Of a DNA stretch of 64,000 nt, positions 1 through 13,878 are shown piece by piece. Numbering within the stretch: the first letter of the stretch is position 1; each line of letters opens with the position of its first letter. Origin of the DNA: Takakia lepidozioides (Eukaryota > Plantae > Bryophyta); NCBI GenBank assembly GCA_030704615.1, contig CM060731.1:71362001-71426000 (forward strand), in the 5' to 3' direction. The position numbers and the translations under genes were made by a program. The notes below the pieces were generated by a model. The model made no database searches. It was not told the origin of the DNA and saw nothing but the letters and a program-made list of their open reading frames with translations.

Positions 1-2135
1 CCTTTCAAAGAAAGAGTACTTGTAGAGGCTCAATGCCTACAGCTGCACAATTGATGCATCATGCGCATGTGGCGCTCAAGCTGTCTACGCCATAATTTCG
101 TTTTGAATTCTCTTTTAAACTTGTAAGACAATTTTTCCCAGAACATATGGGGGATCAGTGCGCCAACAAGACCGGCACCAAAGGAGAAATGCAGTGAGGA
201 GAGTTCCAAACTACGAGGGTCTTGAGGCAGGGATAAAATCACATCAACCCGTTACAACCAATCCAACCCTGTACTGCCGATTGTAACTGACAGCCTAGAT
301 GCGGGAGATGGGCTAGGGGAGCAACCCCGGGCCGCAAATCTTACCCTGCTCAGTGGGCGCACCGCTCACAGGTCTAGAATGAAGAAGACGATGTGATATG
401 GGAGAAGGAGTTACGCACCTCATCTTCCACCGGTGCAGCAGCTTTGGAGTGCATCGCAACGATGGGCAGGGATCGAGCTGATACGTCCGCAACACCGGAG
501 GTCGTGTGTCGTGAAACAGCTCGAAATCCCAAAAGATTTTTCAGCCTTATCATCTCTATGAAGGCAAGTACTGGGTGCGCCTCGCTTGCTCCGCCCAATT
601 GCTCGTGACACTGTCGGGTAGCGTGCAGGGCAGCACAGCGGCCTCCACAGAAAGAGCGTAGCACAAGCCCTTCCTTTAGACCTTCTGCGGTTCCCCAACA
701 CGTGTGGGATATGCCCGTAATTACCTGCATAGAAGTAATCCGCAGCTTCCCAGTTGATATGCCTTCCCTTCCAAGAACATTGTAAAGAATCACAATGCGA
801 GAACCTCGATCGGAGCGCTGCAGGAGATCGGAGAGGACAAAGACTGTGGCAAGGGATTGAGATTGCATCTAGGGCAATGAGATTATGGAAGCAAGCTACG
901 AGACTCACTGAACTTCATGCCATGTTGGATGATGGAGTCGGTCCTGTGATACTCTGTAAACTTTTGTTCTTCTAATCATTATCGTGGAGATTCTGACATG
1001 CTTGATATGTCCGTGCTCAACAAGTTTACGTCCCCGTCATTCTGTACTGTAAGAGCCCAGGCTTTCGACTTCATAGCCTAGACACAATTAGTTTACTGAC
1101 CCCAGTCCTGTATGCAGAAGAAACTGCATGGTGTGCATCTTTGCCTTTCGAGAGCTGCATGCCTGAAGGCAGGAACAATTAATTGTGCACCCTGACACCT
1201 CCTATTGGGAGACGGAGCTGGTTCGCCCTGATGTCGCTGATGTTGGTTCCCTCAGGCTTAGACCTGATGTCCAACATAGAATATAATGTCCACGACAGGA
1301 CAGATACAATGTTGCTGTAGTGCTTGTTTACTGCCTTTCTCTTTTAGCTTTAGAAATAGAGTGGAAAGGTTGTCACCTAACTTATTTGTCAGCTTTCCAC
1401 TCTGACACTCAAACTTCTCTTTGGCCCATGCATAACCTTTTACAGTTAGGGAAACTGATACACGCGGGCTTCAAAAGATGGAAGGTGACAGGTCCTGAAG
1501 ACCCCACCTTCGAAAATAAGTTTGCATGACACTTGGTGGGGACCGAATCATAACATCTCCAGGCAGGACCTGCAAATCTCACCTCAGCAGTGACAAACGA
1601 CCATTCAAATCCTGATGCATACACTGATTTACCCCAATCAACAATCCAGAGCAAAATGAGGTCAAGGTTGTGGGCACATGAACATCAAGGAAAATGTTGA
1701 TTATCTCCAATTTTGGACTGAAACATGAATGAGATGTCTGCTTTTCGCATTGACATAAATCTAATGTATCCGGAAGGATTGCGAGGATGGAATTAATTGT
1801 GACTGTTTGCAAACATGGAAAGCAACCACCCACTTCTGGGTTGCAAGCAGATTAAGCTATCTGCAGAGAATAACCGGCAGATTGCTGGAGAATACCGGAG
1901 TGAACTCTGTACTCTAGGTTGAATAAATATAGGCACTCTCGAGCATCTTTCTATCTGTATATACATACACCCTATGCATTTGTATTTGACTCCTGCCTCC
2001 TTATGCAACTGTTCCTGTGGAGATTATATTAATGCCGCAAGTAAGTCCCCTTTCTTTTCTTTGCAAAACTCCACTTAAACACCTAAACCCTGAACCCTTT
2101 TCATGCAGCTGATGCTTGAAGTACATCAAGCACTA

Positions 2136-4463
2136 TCATTCCAACAGCACACGGCTGCTGACTCCAGCTATGAACAGTTGCAGAGAGTGCTGCTCTTCTC
2201 TGGCATCCTCGTCCACTTCCAGAACTGCTGCTATAGCAAGCTTCTCTTCTGCTGGAACAAAGAAAATGTCTCCCTTTTTTACACCTGTAACCTTCCCATT
2301 GCCATTTGATGCTTTGGTGACAGCACCCACGCCATCAAAGACTAGTAAAATGGAGGGCCCAAGTGCCTGAAATGCAGTTGAGCTGCCCACTGGTAGCACC
2401 ATGTGCTGCACTTCGAATTCATCAAAAGGTGGAGTGTATTGCTTGGCGAAGGGACCATGCGGTGTGCCAACCAATACCTCCGGCATTCCCTGCCAGAGAC
2501 AACAGAAAGAGACTGAACTGGGTCAGCCACCGTTTCAACTCACTGTAAGAACCTGAAAAGAAGGTCACCAAATGTTAGACAACCTTTTGATAGTAATAAA
2601 CTCAAACTCCCAACACAAACCTGTGTTAGAACAAAGTATCAAGTAGAGTAGGGTCACCTGCTTGTAAGTGAGCATGGAGCAGAGGGTCAGCGTGTCACGA
2701 AACTTGGGGGTGAGCCCTGCGCGTACCACATTGTCTGAGGCTGCCATACACTCTACAATCTCTCCAGACAGGTAGGCATGTGGCTCATTGGCGTCCAAGT
2801 ACATGGCCTCACCTGGGGCCAGCTTCAAGTAGTTCAAGAAAAAAATGGCCAGAACACCCACATCTGCCGGGTATTGCTTCTCCAGCCGCAGCACTAACTC
2901 CTCCTTGACAGTGAGTTGTCGCACCTGCCATACATATGACATAGGGCATGGAAAATTCTTTTCCAACTGGTGGTACGTGTAGTTGTAACCATCTTCAGGT
3001 GCATATTATGATGACGACTCAATAAATCTTGACATTGATGGACTTTTCTGTAGATGATTAGCCAGATTGGCCACACAATTGCACTCTTATCAACTATCCA
3101 AATTTGTTTTGATGGAAAAAAGCCTGCTAGAAGCACATGGCAGCATGATTGTTCCCAAGAGTCTGTTCAGCGCACCTCTTCGTATGCTCCCTGGTGTCTC
3201 AGCAAACTATAATTTACCCTTGGCAGTCCTTGGCTGAAAAAAAAGAAGCACTGAATAGCAGTTGATCTCTAGCAGCATAAAAGGGATGGAAGGAAAGTAA
3301 CTTGCCTGCTTATCTCTTACAAGTCTTAAAATTAGTTCCGAAACTACGTCAGCTATGACATCCTTGGCAAGGGTCATGAGAGTAGTGAATGCGGCCTTCA
3401 GTGCACATTTTGCTCCTTCCCCATTAACTCTGTTCTTTCCCAGCCTCACAAGAGCCTGAGCCTTCTCCTCGCCCAGAAGAAACCAAAGTTCTGGCACTGT
3501 GTCCACAGCTTGCTTAAGCTCCTGTTTCAATCCAGCAGTGACAGTATGTTACCACCGCCCAAAAGTACATGATCCAACGCGTTACGGTATTATCATCATC
3601 TGCTAGTCCATGGAGAGAGTGAATTCAAGGCGGAAAAATGTGCGAACTGCCCATCTGTCAGAGGTTCAATATAAGAGTGTGCTAATCACAATCAATTCCA
3701 CAAATAACTGAATAGTGGACTTACCTCGGAGGTTACAAAACCACACAGAGCCTCGAAAGGAGTGAGAGCCAGAGCCATCTCAGGCTTGTGGTTGTCGTCT
3801 TTGTAATTGTGGGGTTGATTAAAGTGGAGCGTCTTTGCAAGTTTCTTGTCTGGATGTGCTTGGATTGATAATGCCTTTGCCACAGACAGAACCTGTCATG
3901 CCCTGCATTGCCCCACCTAAGTCTTGCTGTCTGGTTCATTGCACAGATTCTGAAAATGGCTCACGAAAAATGTAATCATTTTAGCATGTTGAATCATTGC
4001 AGGATACAGCAATCTCTGTAAACCAAGGGGTTTATCACTAAATATTGGAGCTTGTCTCAGTCTCCGTTGCCTTACTCGTTTTTCCCCATTCTCCTGCATA
4101 TTCCTCAATTGGGGGAAGTCACCATCAAATTAAAATTTGTAAGAGAATTTACTGCCGACAAGTACAAACCTTGAAAAGAAACGGTAACTCTCCATCCCAA
4201 CGCTGCTGCACGTTTTCCCCAAGTGCTTGTGGATTTCTAACCAACCATTCCTTCAGCAGCATGCGCTTCGGGCCATGACCATTACATTCTCCCTCGAAGA
4301 CCACCAGGGATGGTCCTGAATCATGTGTCCCCATCCAGAGCTCAGCGTAAGGCACATCTTGTATTTCATCTCCAGATGCCAGCGCATGCAGCCGACCCAC
4401 CTCGCTCTTGGCCCCAATCCGTCCCCAGTCATAGTGTTGGACGGTGCACTGCAATCGCAGCAT
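2136..4463 (-). CDS. PMI: Mannose-6-phosphate isomerase, type I (5 exons, ~432 aa)
   Basis: Exons read on the minus strand: 4463-4170 ([29 protein letters not shown]), 3892-3725 ([25 protein letters not shown]), 3521-3306, 2924-2658 (..[30 protein letters not shown]..) and 2489-2136 (..[10 protein letters not shown]..). All introns are phase 0 with AG acceptors. Total 1299 nt, in frame. The zinc ligands in QAH, KPE and EPHAY are intact. Confidence 0.95.
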
Positions 4464-6888
4464 TTGTTCTAATTTCGCTTGCTTCTCTCGGAGCTCTCCC
4501 TGATCTCCCAAACTTCTCTCTGTTCCTCGCCTTGGAATTCTCAATCTTCTTACTGAAAATATCTACGGGTTCAAAATTCAACCTATTTTTTCAGCCAGAA
4601 ACTATGGAAAAAAACACCTATCTTTTGACCAAAAATAAAGACTCTGCAATACCCATCAACACTCCATTCACAGAAGCCCAAAAGAGGAGATCACCACGCA
4701 TCCACAAACTCCGGGCACCGCACAAACAGCGCTACCAAAATCACCACTGAGACTGCGCAACAGAACCCCCAGAACTTCTATGCAACCCAGCAGGCCTTGC
4801 TCAGCACTCCACTCATACTACACTCTAACCGAAATGTCTAACGTGCCACACTGGGCACAAAGTCCCATCTCTCTCCAATCATTCGATCGTGACATATCTT
4901 CCTCTCTCCTCTCACTCTCCCGCATTCCATTATTTGTAAGCTTTTCTCCAACTACCCAACACCTTTCGTCTCTCCTTCTCAGAGATGGCAGTGAGGGACC
5001 GACGAGCCGAGTGGCAAGCCAAGACATGGGTTCAGAGCAAGTTCCGTCGTGGCAACTCAGATCGGTTGTGGGTCCCAAGCCTCCCCGCTGATTCTTGGCC
5101 ATCTACATTATAGGGGTGGTTACATTGTAAGGATGGGGGCGGTGGTGCCTACTAGTTATGTGAGTCAGGCTTGCGCTCTCGTGTGTATCTGCCACTGTGT
5201 GTAGGCCTACACATCTGATTGATCTGCCACACTCACTCATGCACGTCTGTGTTCCATGTTACTGCACAACCTCAGCCTGTGACCTGTACCCAAACATTCA
5301 CTCCTCTTCTCTTTTTGGGTTATCTGAGTCCAACCCAATCGTTGATGCAATATGTACTTTGGACTCATCTATGTACCCCAATTCATTTGGGGAGTTTGGG
5401 AAGGTCAGAAAAACCAGACACTGTGGGAACAGCCAATCGCGTGGGACCGCGGGAGGCTTGGAGAGGAAGGAAGTCGGTCGATGGGAGGTAGACACATGTA
5501 GAGCAATTTCATTAAAGAGGGATTCTTTTGAAGGTCCCCAAAATTGGAGGGTCGGACGAATGGGGTGGCGCGAAAAAGGGGTGTAGGTAGGGGTAATTTG
5601 TCTTGTGAGGTGTCAAGTAAAGGGAGAAAGAATGAACGAGACTAGATGCTAATGACTGTAGGTTCCCTAATACACTGGAAGTGTTTATCCCAGTAGAAGC
5701 ACCTGATATTTCAGTGAATGGTGACTCATAGGCCTGATCAGATCCATGTATATATAGATATAAGATGCCAACCGGAGTTAGCGTAAATAAGAGCCTCTTT
5801 CTTTTTCTGGAGTGGGCAGCCACACATAGGGTAGTCGGAATATACCTCATGTAGTCTTGGGCCCATCAGTGAGCCATCAAGCTTTCTTTCATCCAAAAGG
5901 CCTTAATTTCATCCATTGCCCTGTAACTGCTGCTTTTCAGGCGCATATGAAAACTACCGACCAGGCATTGCAGGTCCCCCCACAAACAAGACAAAACTCC
6001 CCACCAATAGATTCCATGTTGAAGTTTAGGCTCTGGCTAACACAACTAACCCAATTCTTTATACTTCGCAGCAGTCGGTAGTGGACCCCAAAAACATCAA
6101 GACCAGTGTAACAGACAGTGCAAGTTCTAGCGACGACCGAAGGTCGAGAGCTAGTTTAGCGTAGAGCAAGAATAGGGTACCATAGTGCCACGTCATCGTC
6201 GCCACGTTTCGTCGCCACGTTTCGTACGTCGTCAATTTCCTTCTATCTGCCCGGATTGCCCGAAAAATCCGAAAATAACTTCTTGAACGGTACTTCGTCG
6301 AGACTGACCCTTTTCCTCCCTGCTTCTGTTTGATGTTCAAAGGAGAGAGAGAGAGAGCGCAATGGCTACATAGGTTGAGAAGGCCTGGCATTTAGAAAAG
6401 GATAAGCTAGGTTTGGCTTGCCGAGGCGATCTATAATATACAGCCATGAAGTGTCAAGAAGGGTTAGAAAGAGCTCGACTATGCGGAGGGCATTTCTTTA
6501 AACGGCGCATCCAGGAGAGCGTTCTCCAGAGGAAAAAAGGTGAGCATATTTATCCTTCACAATGGTGGGACAACCTACATAGCAAGGTGTGGGCTTTCTT
6601 CTTACATGATGTAAAGAAGGTTTTCTGTTCTGCAAAAGTGGCTGTCCCTGTCTGTATCATAGGTTGTTGTTCCTAAACAGGCCATGAAATTGCATTGCGC
6701 AAGGGTTTTTCTTGGTGTTTACAAGGTACTTGGGAGGGTCTTCTTGGTTTTGGGAGGCCGTCTTGAAACTATGGCTGCTCAGCAGCTCCGTGGTGGTTCT
6801 CACAGACCCACCCAAGATCATCGGACTACACACCTAAACAGCGCACACTAGAGGTTATTTGGATTCGGGGTTGGTTGAATCCTCCATC

Positions 6889-6948
6889 GTATCACCTTTA
6901 TATGTGTTCTCTCTGCATGCAGCCACTCTGGCCTACTGAATGAAGGAA
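6889..6948 (+). repeat. 60-bp displaced copy of a PPR motif segment
   Basis: Matches 8631-8690 (ITFICVLSACSHxxLLNEG) with 2 mismatches. Confidence 0.85.
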
Positions 6949-7129
6949 ATCAAGATCCTGGCAACAGACATGGCTTTGAACCCCACAGCCTCCAGGTCAA
7001 AATTATCCAGCAGGGTCAAGACTTGCATTCAGAATCAGATCCCTGAAAACCGCTTCTTCCGCCAGGACTTAACCTGTTTGACAGGGCAATCCTGCTTCCA
7101 AGATAGAGTCGATTAACTTAGGGTATGTC

Positions 7130-9376
7130 CATGATGGGGTGGAGACTTTGGAGACCTAGGAGCAAATGATGGGGGAAGGGGTGAAGCCCAACCACATCAC
7201 GTTCATTTGCGTCTGCAATGCGTGTGCAAGTCTGGCAGCCCTGAAAAAAGGGCAAAGGGACCCATGGCGACATCGTCAAATTTGGAATTGTACCAGATGT
7301 CATTCGGAACAATGCCCTGGTGGACATGTATGCCAAATGTGGGTGCATTAAGGATGCGAAGGGAGTTAATTTCAGCATTATGGCTGAACGAGATGTGGTG
7401 TCGTGGAACGCAATGCTTGCAGGGGCGCGGGATGGAGGCTTTGGAGCTCTATTCCAGAGTTTGTTGAGCCTGTCACAGGCTGTCATTGTCCGCTGCTAGC
7501 AGGAAGGCAAGGATGTATGCATGATTTGTGCAGAGGCATGGATAGTTGAAGGAGCAGGGATAGAGTGTGGGTCCAGATTCATCCAAGGGGACCGGACTTC
7601 AAGCTCCAGATTACCTATGATTAAATCTGGAATTGTACCAGATGTCATTCTAAACACTGCCCAACGCGATGCTTGCAGGGTATGCACAGCAGGGGCGCGG
7701 GATGGAGGCTTTGGAGACCTATGAGCAAATGATGTGTGAAGGGGTGAAGCCCGACCACATCACGTCTGTGTGTGTTTGCAGTGTGTGTGCAAGCCTGGCA
7801 GCTCTGGAATAGGGCAAAGAGGTCCATGGTTGCATCGTCAAAGTTGGAATTGTACCAGATGTCATCCTGAACACTACCCTGGTGGACATGTATGCCAAAT
7901 GTGGGAGCGTTGAGGATGTGGAGGGAGTTTTCCACAGTATGGCTGAACGAGTTTCGGTGTCGTGGAACGCCATGCTTGCACGGTATGCACAACAGGGGCG
8001 CGTGATGGAGGCCTTGGAGACCTATGAGCAAATGATGTGCGAAGGGGTGAAGCCCAACCACATCACGTTTGTGTGCGTTTGCAATGTGTGTGCAAGCCTG
8101 GCAGCCCTGGAAAAGGGCAAAGAGGTGCATGGTTGCATTGCCAAAGCTGGAATTGTACCAGATGTGATTCTGAACAATACCCTCGTAGACATGTATACCA
8201 AATGTGGGGGCATTGAGGATGTGGAGGGAGTGTTCAACAATATGCCTGAACGAGATTTGGTGTCATGGAACGCCATGCTTGTAGGATATGCACAACAGGG
8301 GTGCAGGATGGAGGCCTGAGGGAAGGGGTGAAGCCCGACCACATCACGTTTGTGTGCGTTTGCAATGCGTGTGCAAGCCTGGCAGCCCTGGAAAAGGGCA
8401 AAGAGGTGCATGGTGACATCTTGTACCAAATGTCATTCTGGACATTGCCCTGGTTCACTTGTATGCGAAATGTGAGTGCAATGAGGATGCAAAGGGAGTA
8501 TTTGACAATATGGCTGAATGAAATGTGGTGACGTGGAATGCGATGATCGCAGGATATGCCCAGCATGGTTGTCATAGGGAGGTCCTGCAACTATTTGAAC
8601 GACTGCAAAAGAAAGGCTTGAAGCCGGACAGTATCACCTTTATATGTGTTCTCTCTGCATGCAGCCACACTGACCTACTGAATGAAGGAAGATGCTACTT
8701 CGATTCCCTGAGTCAAGATCATTGTATCAATCTGACAGTAAAGCACTTTGGCTGCATGGTGGACCTTCTTGGACGTGCGGGACAACTGGATGAGGCAGTG
8801 GACTTGATTAATAAAATGCCAATCAATCCAGATGTTGTGGTGTGGAAGGCCTTGCTTGGTGTCTGCAGAATCCATGGCAATGCGGAGATGGCTGAATGTG
8901 TGGCAACATCTATCTTCAAGTGGGATGAATAGGATGCCGCGACTTATGTGTTGCTATATCAAACATCTATGTTGCAGCTGGCAGGTGGGATGATACTGCA
9001 AAGGTGAGAAGAATGATGAAGGTCAGAGGGGTTAGAAAGGAACTAGATGACAAGTTGCATCCCAGAATTAAGGAAATCCATGCTGAGCTGAGAAGATTGT
9101 TTGGGCAGATGAAGGAGGCGGGGTATGTGCCTGACACACGCTTTTTATTGCATGATGTGGAGAAAAGGAATTTTCTCTTTGCCACCACAGTGAGAAGCTG
9201 GCCATTGGTTTTGGGCTGATCAGCACGACTCATCAAGAATCTTCGAGTGTGTGGAGACTCCCACACCTCCACCAAATTCATCTCAAAGATTGTTGGCCGA
9301 GCAATTGTTGTATGGGACGCTAACTACTTTCCACCACTTTGAAGATGGGATTTGTTCTTGTGGTGATTACTAGTGA
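7130..9376 (+). pseudogene. PLS-class PPR-E-DYW RNA-editing factor, pseudogene
   Basis: Repeated P/L/S motifs (VSWNAMLARYAQQG; GVKPNHITFVCVCNVCASL; NTLVDMYTKCG), then L2/S2/E motifs (HFGCMVDLLGRAG, PDVVVWKALLGVCRIHG) and a DYW domain ([38 protein letters not shown]). Several frameshifts, in-frame stops and deletions. Confidence 0.93.
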
Positions 9377-10070
9377 AAGGATGTTTTCTTGGAAAGATGT
9401 TAGTGTCTTGCTTCATTCATTGATCTGTGTAGCTACTCAGACCATCCACCATTTCCTGATAGTGGGGTCTACCCGGCATAAGTAGGAAGTCAGCCCACAA
9501 TTGCACTTGACTGAAGGGGTGATTTTTGACTGATTCTGGTGACAGTGGATGGAAATCAGAGTGTTGTCCTAATTCTGGGTTTGGGTGGTGGAGCTTCTCC
9601 AAAGCTTGAAGATGGAAGTGAATACGAATTTTAATGAGCTTGATGAGAGAGGCAGCACTGTGCACAAGTTTGTTCAGCATCTTAAATTTGGACATGTTTG
9701 TTTGTTTCTCATGGTGTGGCTTTGGATGGAGCCCTTGATGAACTTACATGAATATTGTCAAAAGCTAGCCTTAACCACCAAGATCCAATCCCATGGTGGC
9801 TGCTTGAAAGTTCATATAGTGAATGTAAGGGTATTTGGGTATGTTGTTATTGATTGATGCAGCTTGTGAAAATTGAACATTGAAATGCAGATCCGCCATT
9901 TTTATTCCAGAAAAAACAAAACACGGGATCTCTGCATGTAACACCGTGGGGATGACCAACCCCTTTTTTTTATGAAAAATTGAACGCAGTTCTCAGAATT
10001 CGTCGCTAATAGTGCGGAGCAACTCGAAGCCCTAGTGTACGTGTCTGTAGTAACTCTATCTGGTTTTGCA

Positions 10071-10225
10071 TGTAGCCCAGTGGTAATGGGCACATACCAC
10101 GTTGGATGTGTTTGTGGGTTCAAACCACGGTCTGGTGTGTCATGAAAGTATCCACCTTTCAGCTGGAAGACATTAGCCCTTGTGGTGAAGAGACACCATA
10201 ATTTAAGCTCTCTTTAGGAGGTGTC
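10071..10225 (+). mobile_element. tRNA-derived SINE, copy 1
   Basis: Pol III A box TAGCCCAGTGG (10073-10083) and B box GGTTCAAACC (10117-10126). Aligns end to end with the reverse complement of 10818-10974. Confidence 0.7.
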
Positions 10226-10799
10226 TACATTTATTTTGTTTGGGTTTTAGTCCCTGGGGATGAAGAGAGAAGTTCCTTGGGGAGGCATCATCCTTTTTTC
10301 TTTTGATTTTTTTGGTTTATTTTTCTAGAATTTACTGCTCTCTCTGCACTCTGTTGAGTCCCAGGCCGTCTCTCCTCTTTGTCCCTGTCTCTTCATTTCT
10401 TCCTCACCTCCATCTTCGCCCTCACATCTTTGTTTTTTGGTTTGTAGGGTCAGTTGATGAGCCACCCTGTCTTCTAGAATTCCGTTGTAGGTACAAATGC
10501 AGATATTTGTTTTTGTTGGTCCTTCCCCCAGACAAAGACTATGCAATGGTTTCTTGCGCTTGTCGGGGACCAGCTTTTTGCGGGACCAATGTTGCTGGAT
10601 GATTGTTTTTGGATGGAATACATCGATTTCGGCGTTGGATGAAATATATTTGCATGGTAGAGTTTGTTGTTTTTCGTGTCAAGTTTAAGCAAAAAGTATA
10701 GGTTGTAGCAATGGGTCAGTGACACCAATACATGAGCATTTTATAGAATGAATAACATGTAGGTAGCAATCACATAAGTAATCTTTGCATTCTTTGCAT

Positions 10800-10983
10800 A
10801 TATATATATATATATATGACGCCTCCCGAAGGAAGCGTAAATTATGGACTTGTCTATTGACCCCGAAGGGCTACTGCCTTCCGGCAGAAAGGTGGACACA
10901 TTTGTGACACCAATCGGTGGAGTGAACCCACAACCTCTTCCGAGGTGGTATGTGCCCATTACTGATGGGCTACAACTTGGTTG
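10800..10983 (-). mobile_element. tRNA-derived SINE, copy 2, with (TA)n tail and 9-bp TSD
   Basis: Homologous to copy 1. (TA)n tail at 10800-10817. Direct repeat TCTTTGCAT at 10791-10799 and 10984-10992. Confidence 0.78.
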
Positions 10984-11347
10984 TCTTTGCATGCAAATAG
11001 AGTATGGAACACTAACTGGACGGATTCAAGGCTATTATAGACTCAAACTGTACTATTGACTGACAACATTATTTGGAACGGGAACCTCACTTTGAGATGA
11101 TGAACTTGAAGGGCAGCGCTTGCATATAGCATACATATTTTTATTTTGATGGAGTTTACTGAAAAAAAATTGAAATATATGAATATTTGGCAATGTAAGG
11201 AATGGAAGTTTGTCTACTTATTTTCAGACAAAAGATAGTTTAAAATTTTTTCACAACCTGAATGGGAATAGCATGTCTAATCAACAAAATTAGAAAATAG
11301 AACCTCTTCAATAGAAAACTAATCGGACCGGAGCCGAAACAGTGTCC

Positions 11348-13505
11348 TTAGAAATAATGTATCAGTAACTGGCACTCCTGTAGACACTTGGGTTCATGGC
11401 TGATAGAGCGCGGGCCAATTTCAATATTGCAGTACCTCGTGCTTTTGAATATGGGGATCCAACAATTACAATGGCAGATCGGTAGTGCACATGTCTTTTC
11501 CATCATAGTCAATCTCTTGAGAAGTACGCGAAAATGTGTATAAGACATGATCTTCAAGTAGAACACATGCGGCTTTGCTTGCTGTATAATAATGCAACAA
11601 CAATGGATGAAGCTGATACAAGGTACCAAACAATCCGAGCGTGGTGGCTTTCATCCAGGGCTACAAGTGAGGATGTTCTGAAAGAGACGTTGGATGATTG
11701 GATGGTCTTCTAGCATTTTTGGTGTAGGCAATGGGGAGCTTTCATGACAACAGTAAGTCCTCTTCATGACATTGGAATATTCCAATCTTCGCAAGCTTTT
11801 GTTTCTGTTCGTTAAGTAATTTGTGCCGCATTTCTTTTCACATTTGTGTCGCATGCAACGTCCTCAAGGGACATGACATCCTACAACGCAGGTTCTTTAA
11901 AAAATGCACAACCTAACACTAGTCAAGACATTAGTGCATATATTACTATCAGATATTGCATCCTTGAAAATGGGTTTTTTCTCTCTTGCATGCATACACT
12001 CGTAAAGATTTTCAAAAAATCCTTTGTATTTTGGGTGCCAGCCTTATTTCTTGGAAATACGCCACGTCATGCGAGTGGCTTACAAAGCACCTGGCGCCAA
12101 TGGCTTATACACATAAGGCAAGGTGCTTACGAAATGCAGTCCAGTTACGATTCACCATCTTTCCAGATATCGTTAAAAAAAAACAGTTTAGTCCCCAACA
12201 TTATTGCCCATGCCAGAATGTTAATAGTTCCATGTTACCCTGCCTGTCTGCTAGTTAGGAAGTGCGTCCCAGGATTGTCTTGGTGGCAGCTTCTTGTTTC
12301 TATTGTCATCACTGTCTGGTTGCTCTTGTGGTTCGAGAGTGGGCCGCCATTCGGCAATAGGTTTATGTTTCTAATAGTACACCAATTGTTGCTCTCGTCT
12401 TCAAGATAATTGGATTCCTTAGCGTTGAAATCGGCAACTCCACTAACTCTGTACATATCTCACAGTCTTCAGTTGCACTAAAATTTTAGGAACCACAATC
12501 TTTTGACACACTTCAAAGTTTGGAGGAAAATTCTCATCCCATGCTAAGTTTTTGTAATAGGTATCTTCAAATCACTAAGCAGCTTCGCACCACCTATATG
12601 ATCAATAATGTTGACGATTGTAATTAGACAATTCAAAATATTCTCAAAAGTATGTCCATTGTGAGAAACATTCGAAATTGAACCAAAACCAAATGAAGAC
12701 ATCAACCTCATCAAGCGCTCATTATACCTCTTGATCTCATCTTCTAAGGCCTTTTGACCATGATCACTATCCCAAAAACTATCGTCATTGATGTAAGTAC
12801 CCACTTCATGTTGCTTTTTTCCTCGTAACAACAGTCTACACTCCAGTTTCTGATCATGAACTTGCGTACAATCTTCAATGGCACTGTAAACAAAACGAGC
12901 TTCAGAGTTCTGAATTTCTTGAAACAACTTTGATTTCCTGAAGAGCTTTTTCAAATCGGAGTGTTCTGCCATCCCGAAGTTCCCCCGACAATAACTCTTT
13001 CCATTGCACGATTCCGGATCTGCTTTTGACTTCAATTAGACCTATGTTAGGAAAGAAAAATAAGTGTGAGCAAAATTACAAACTATGATCGAGCAACATA
13101 AATCAGTATAAGTTCAATAAAAATTACTCGTACTTCATGGAGGATTTAACACCGCGATGCCCCGATAATGTCATTCCAAACTCAATAGGCACGCATGCGT
13201 CCTCCATTCTGGTTACACCACTATTCACACCGGTTTTATTCGTTATATATTTGTCAGCTAGCTCAGGGATATCTGTGGTCAAAATACAAGTAATGTTGCG
13301 AAGGGTATAAACTCCCACATGTGACTTCAAAAACCATGCAGCATCCGACAAATTCCACTTGGTACGTGGAGTGAGGAAGGGGATGAGGACCCGGTTTTTT
13401 GCAAGTCCAACTGGGACGCTTTGACATAAGCACCTTATATGTGTTAATGACATCGGTCACTTGACAATCAACAAACTGTTGTTTTGTAGACGTAGTATCA
13501 GCCAT
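11348..13505 (-). pseudogene. Decayed coding region of unknown identity, possibly transposon cargo
   Basis: Chain of same-strand ORF fragments (13263-13505, 13124-13453, 12544-13035, 12235-12456, 11348-11854) with a possible intron around 13045-13125. No motif recognised. Confidence 0.3.
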
Positions 13506-13717
13506 TTTATGACTTCATGACTATTGACAAGTGAAAAAAACCCTGTTAGTTGTGACATTGCAGTCGTAAACACCATAGAGTCATAAGCGTCAGTCGTGGT
13601 GCTAACTGTTGACGTGGCACCTGAGATGCCTCGTCATAGTCCTAGTCATGAGTGCAATCTGTAACTCCAGCAGTCCATGTGAGCTTGATGTGGCTCTCTA
13701 AAAATATGATTATAAAA

Positions 13718-13805
13718 AATTTGAAATTTGAAATTCAAATTCAAATTCAAATTCAAATTTGGAATTTTGGTGATTCAAATTTTGAAATTTGAAATTCAAA
13801 ATTTG
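13718..13805. repeat. AT-rich TTTGAA/TTCAAA direct and inverted hexamer array
   Basis: ttgaaatttgaaattcaaattcaaattcaaattcaaattt...ttcaaattttgaaatttgaaattcaaaatttg. Confidence 0.8.
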
Positions 13806-13878
13806 CATTGACCGTTGACCCCATACCATCCCAGATGTAACCACGGGGGGGGAGTGTCGCTATATGTATTTTTTCCAT

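Noticed and set aside
30-975. Overlapping ORFs of 60-164 aa on both strands
   Set aside because: No recognisable motif or convincing splice model. They could be part of a gene continuing outside the window, but I cannot support that.
4464-4544. N-terminal extension of PMI in the ORF track
   Set aside because: It starts at TTG; the first in-frame ATG (4463) matches the usual PMI start.
10071-10140. Functional tRNA gene
   Set aside because: A and B boxes are present but there is no cloverleaf, and homology with the second copy extends well beyond tRNA length, which fits a SINE.
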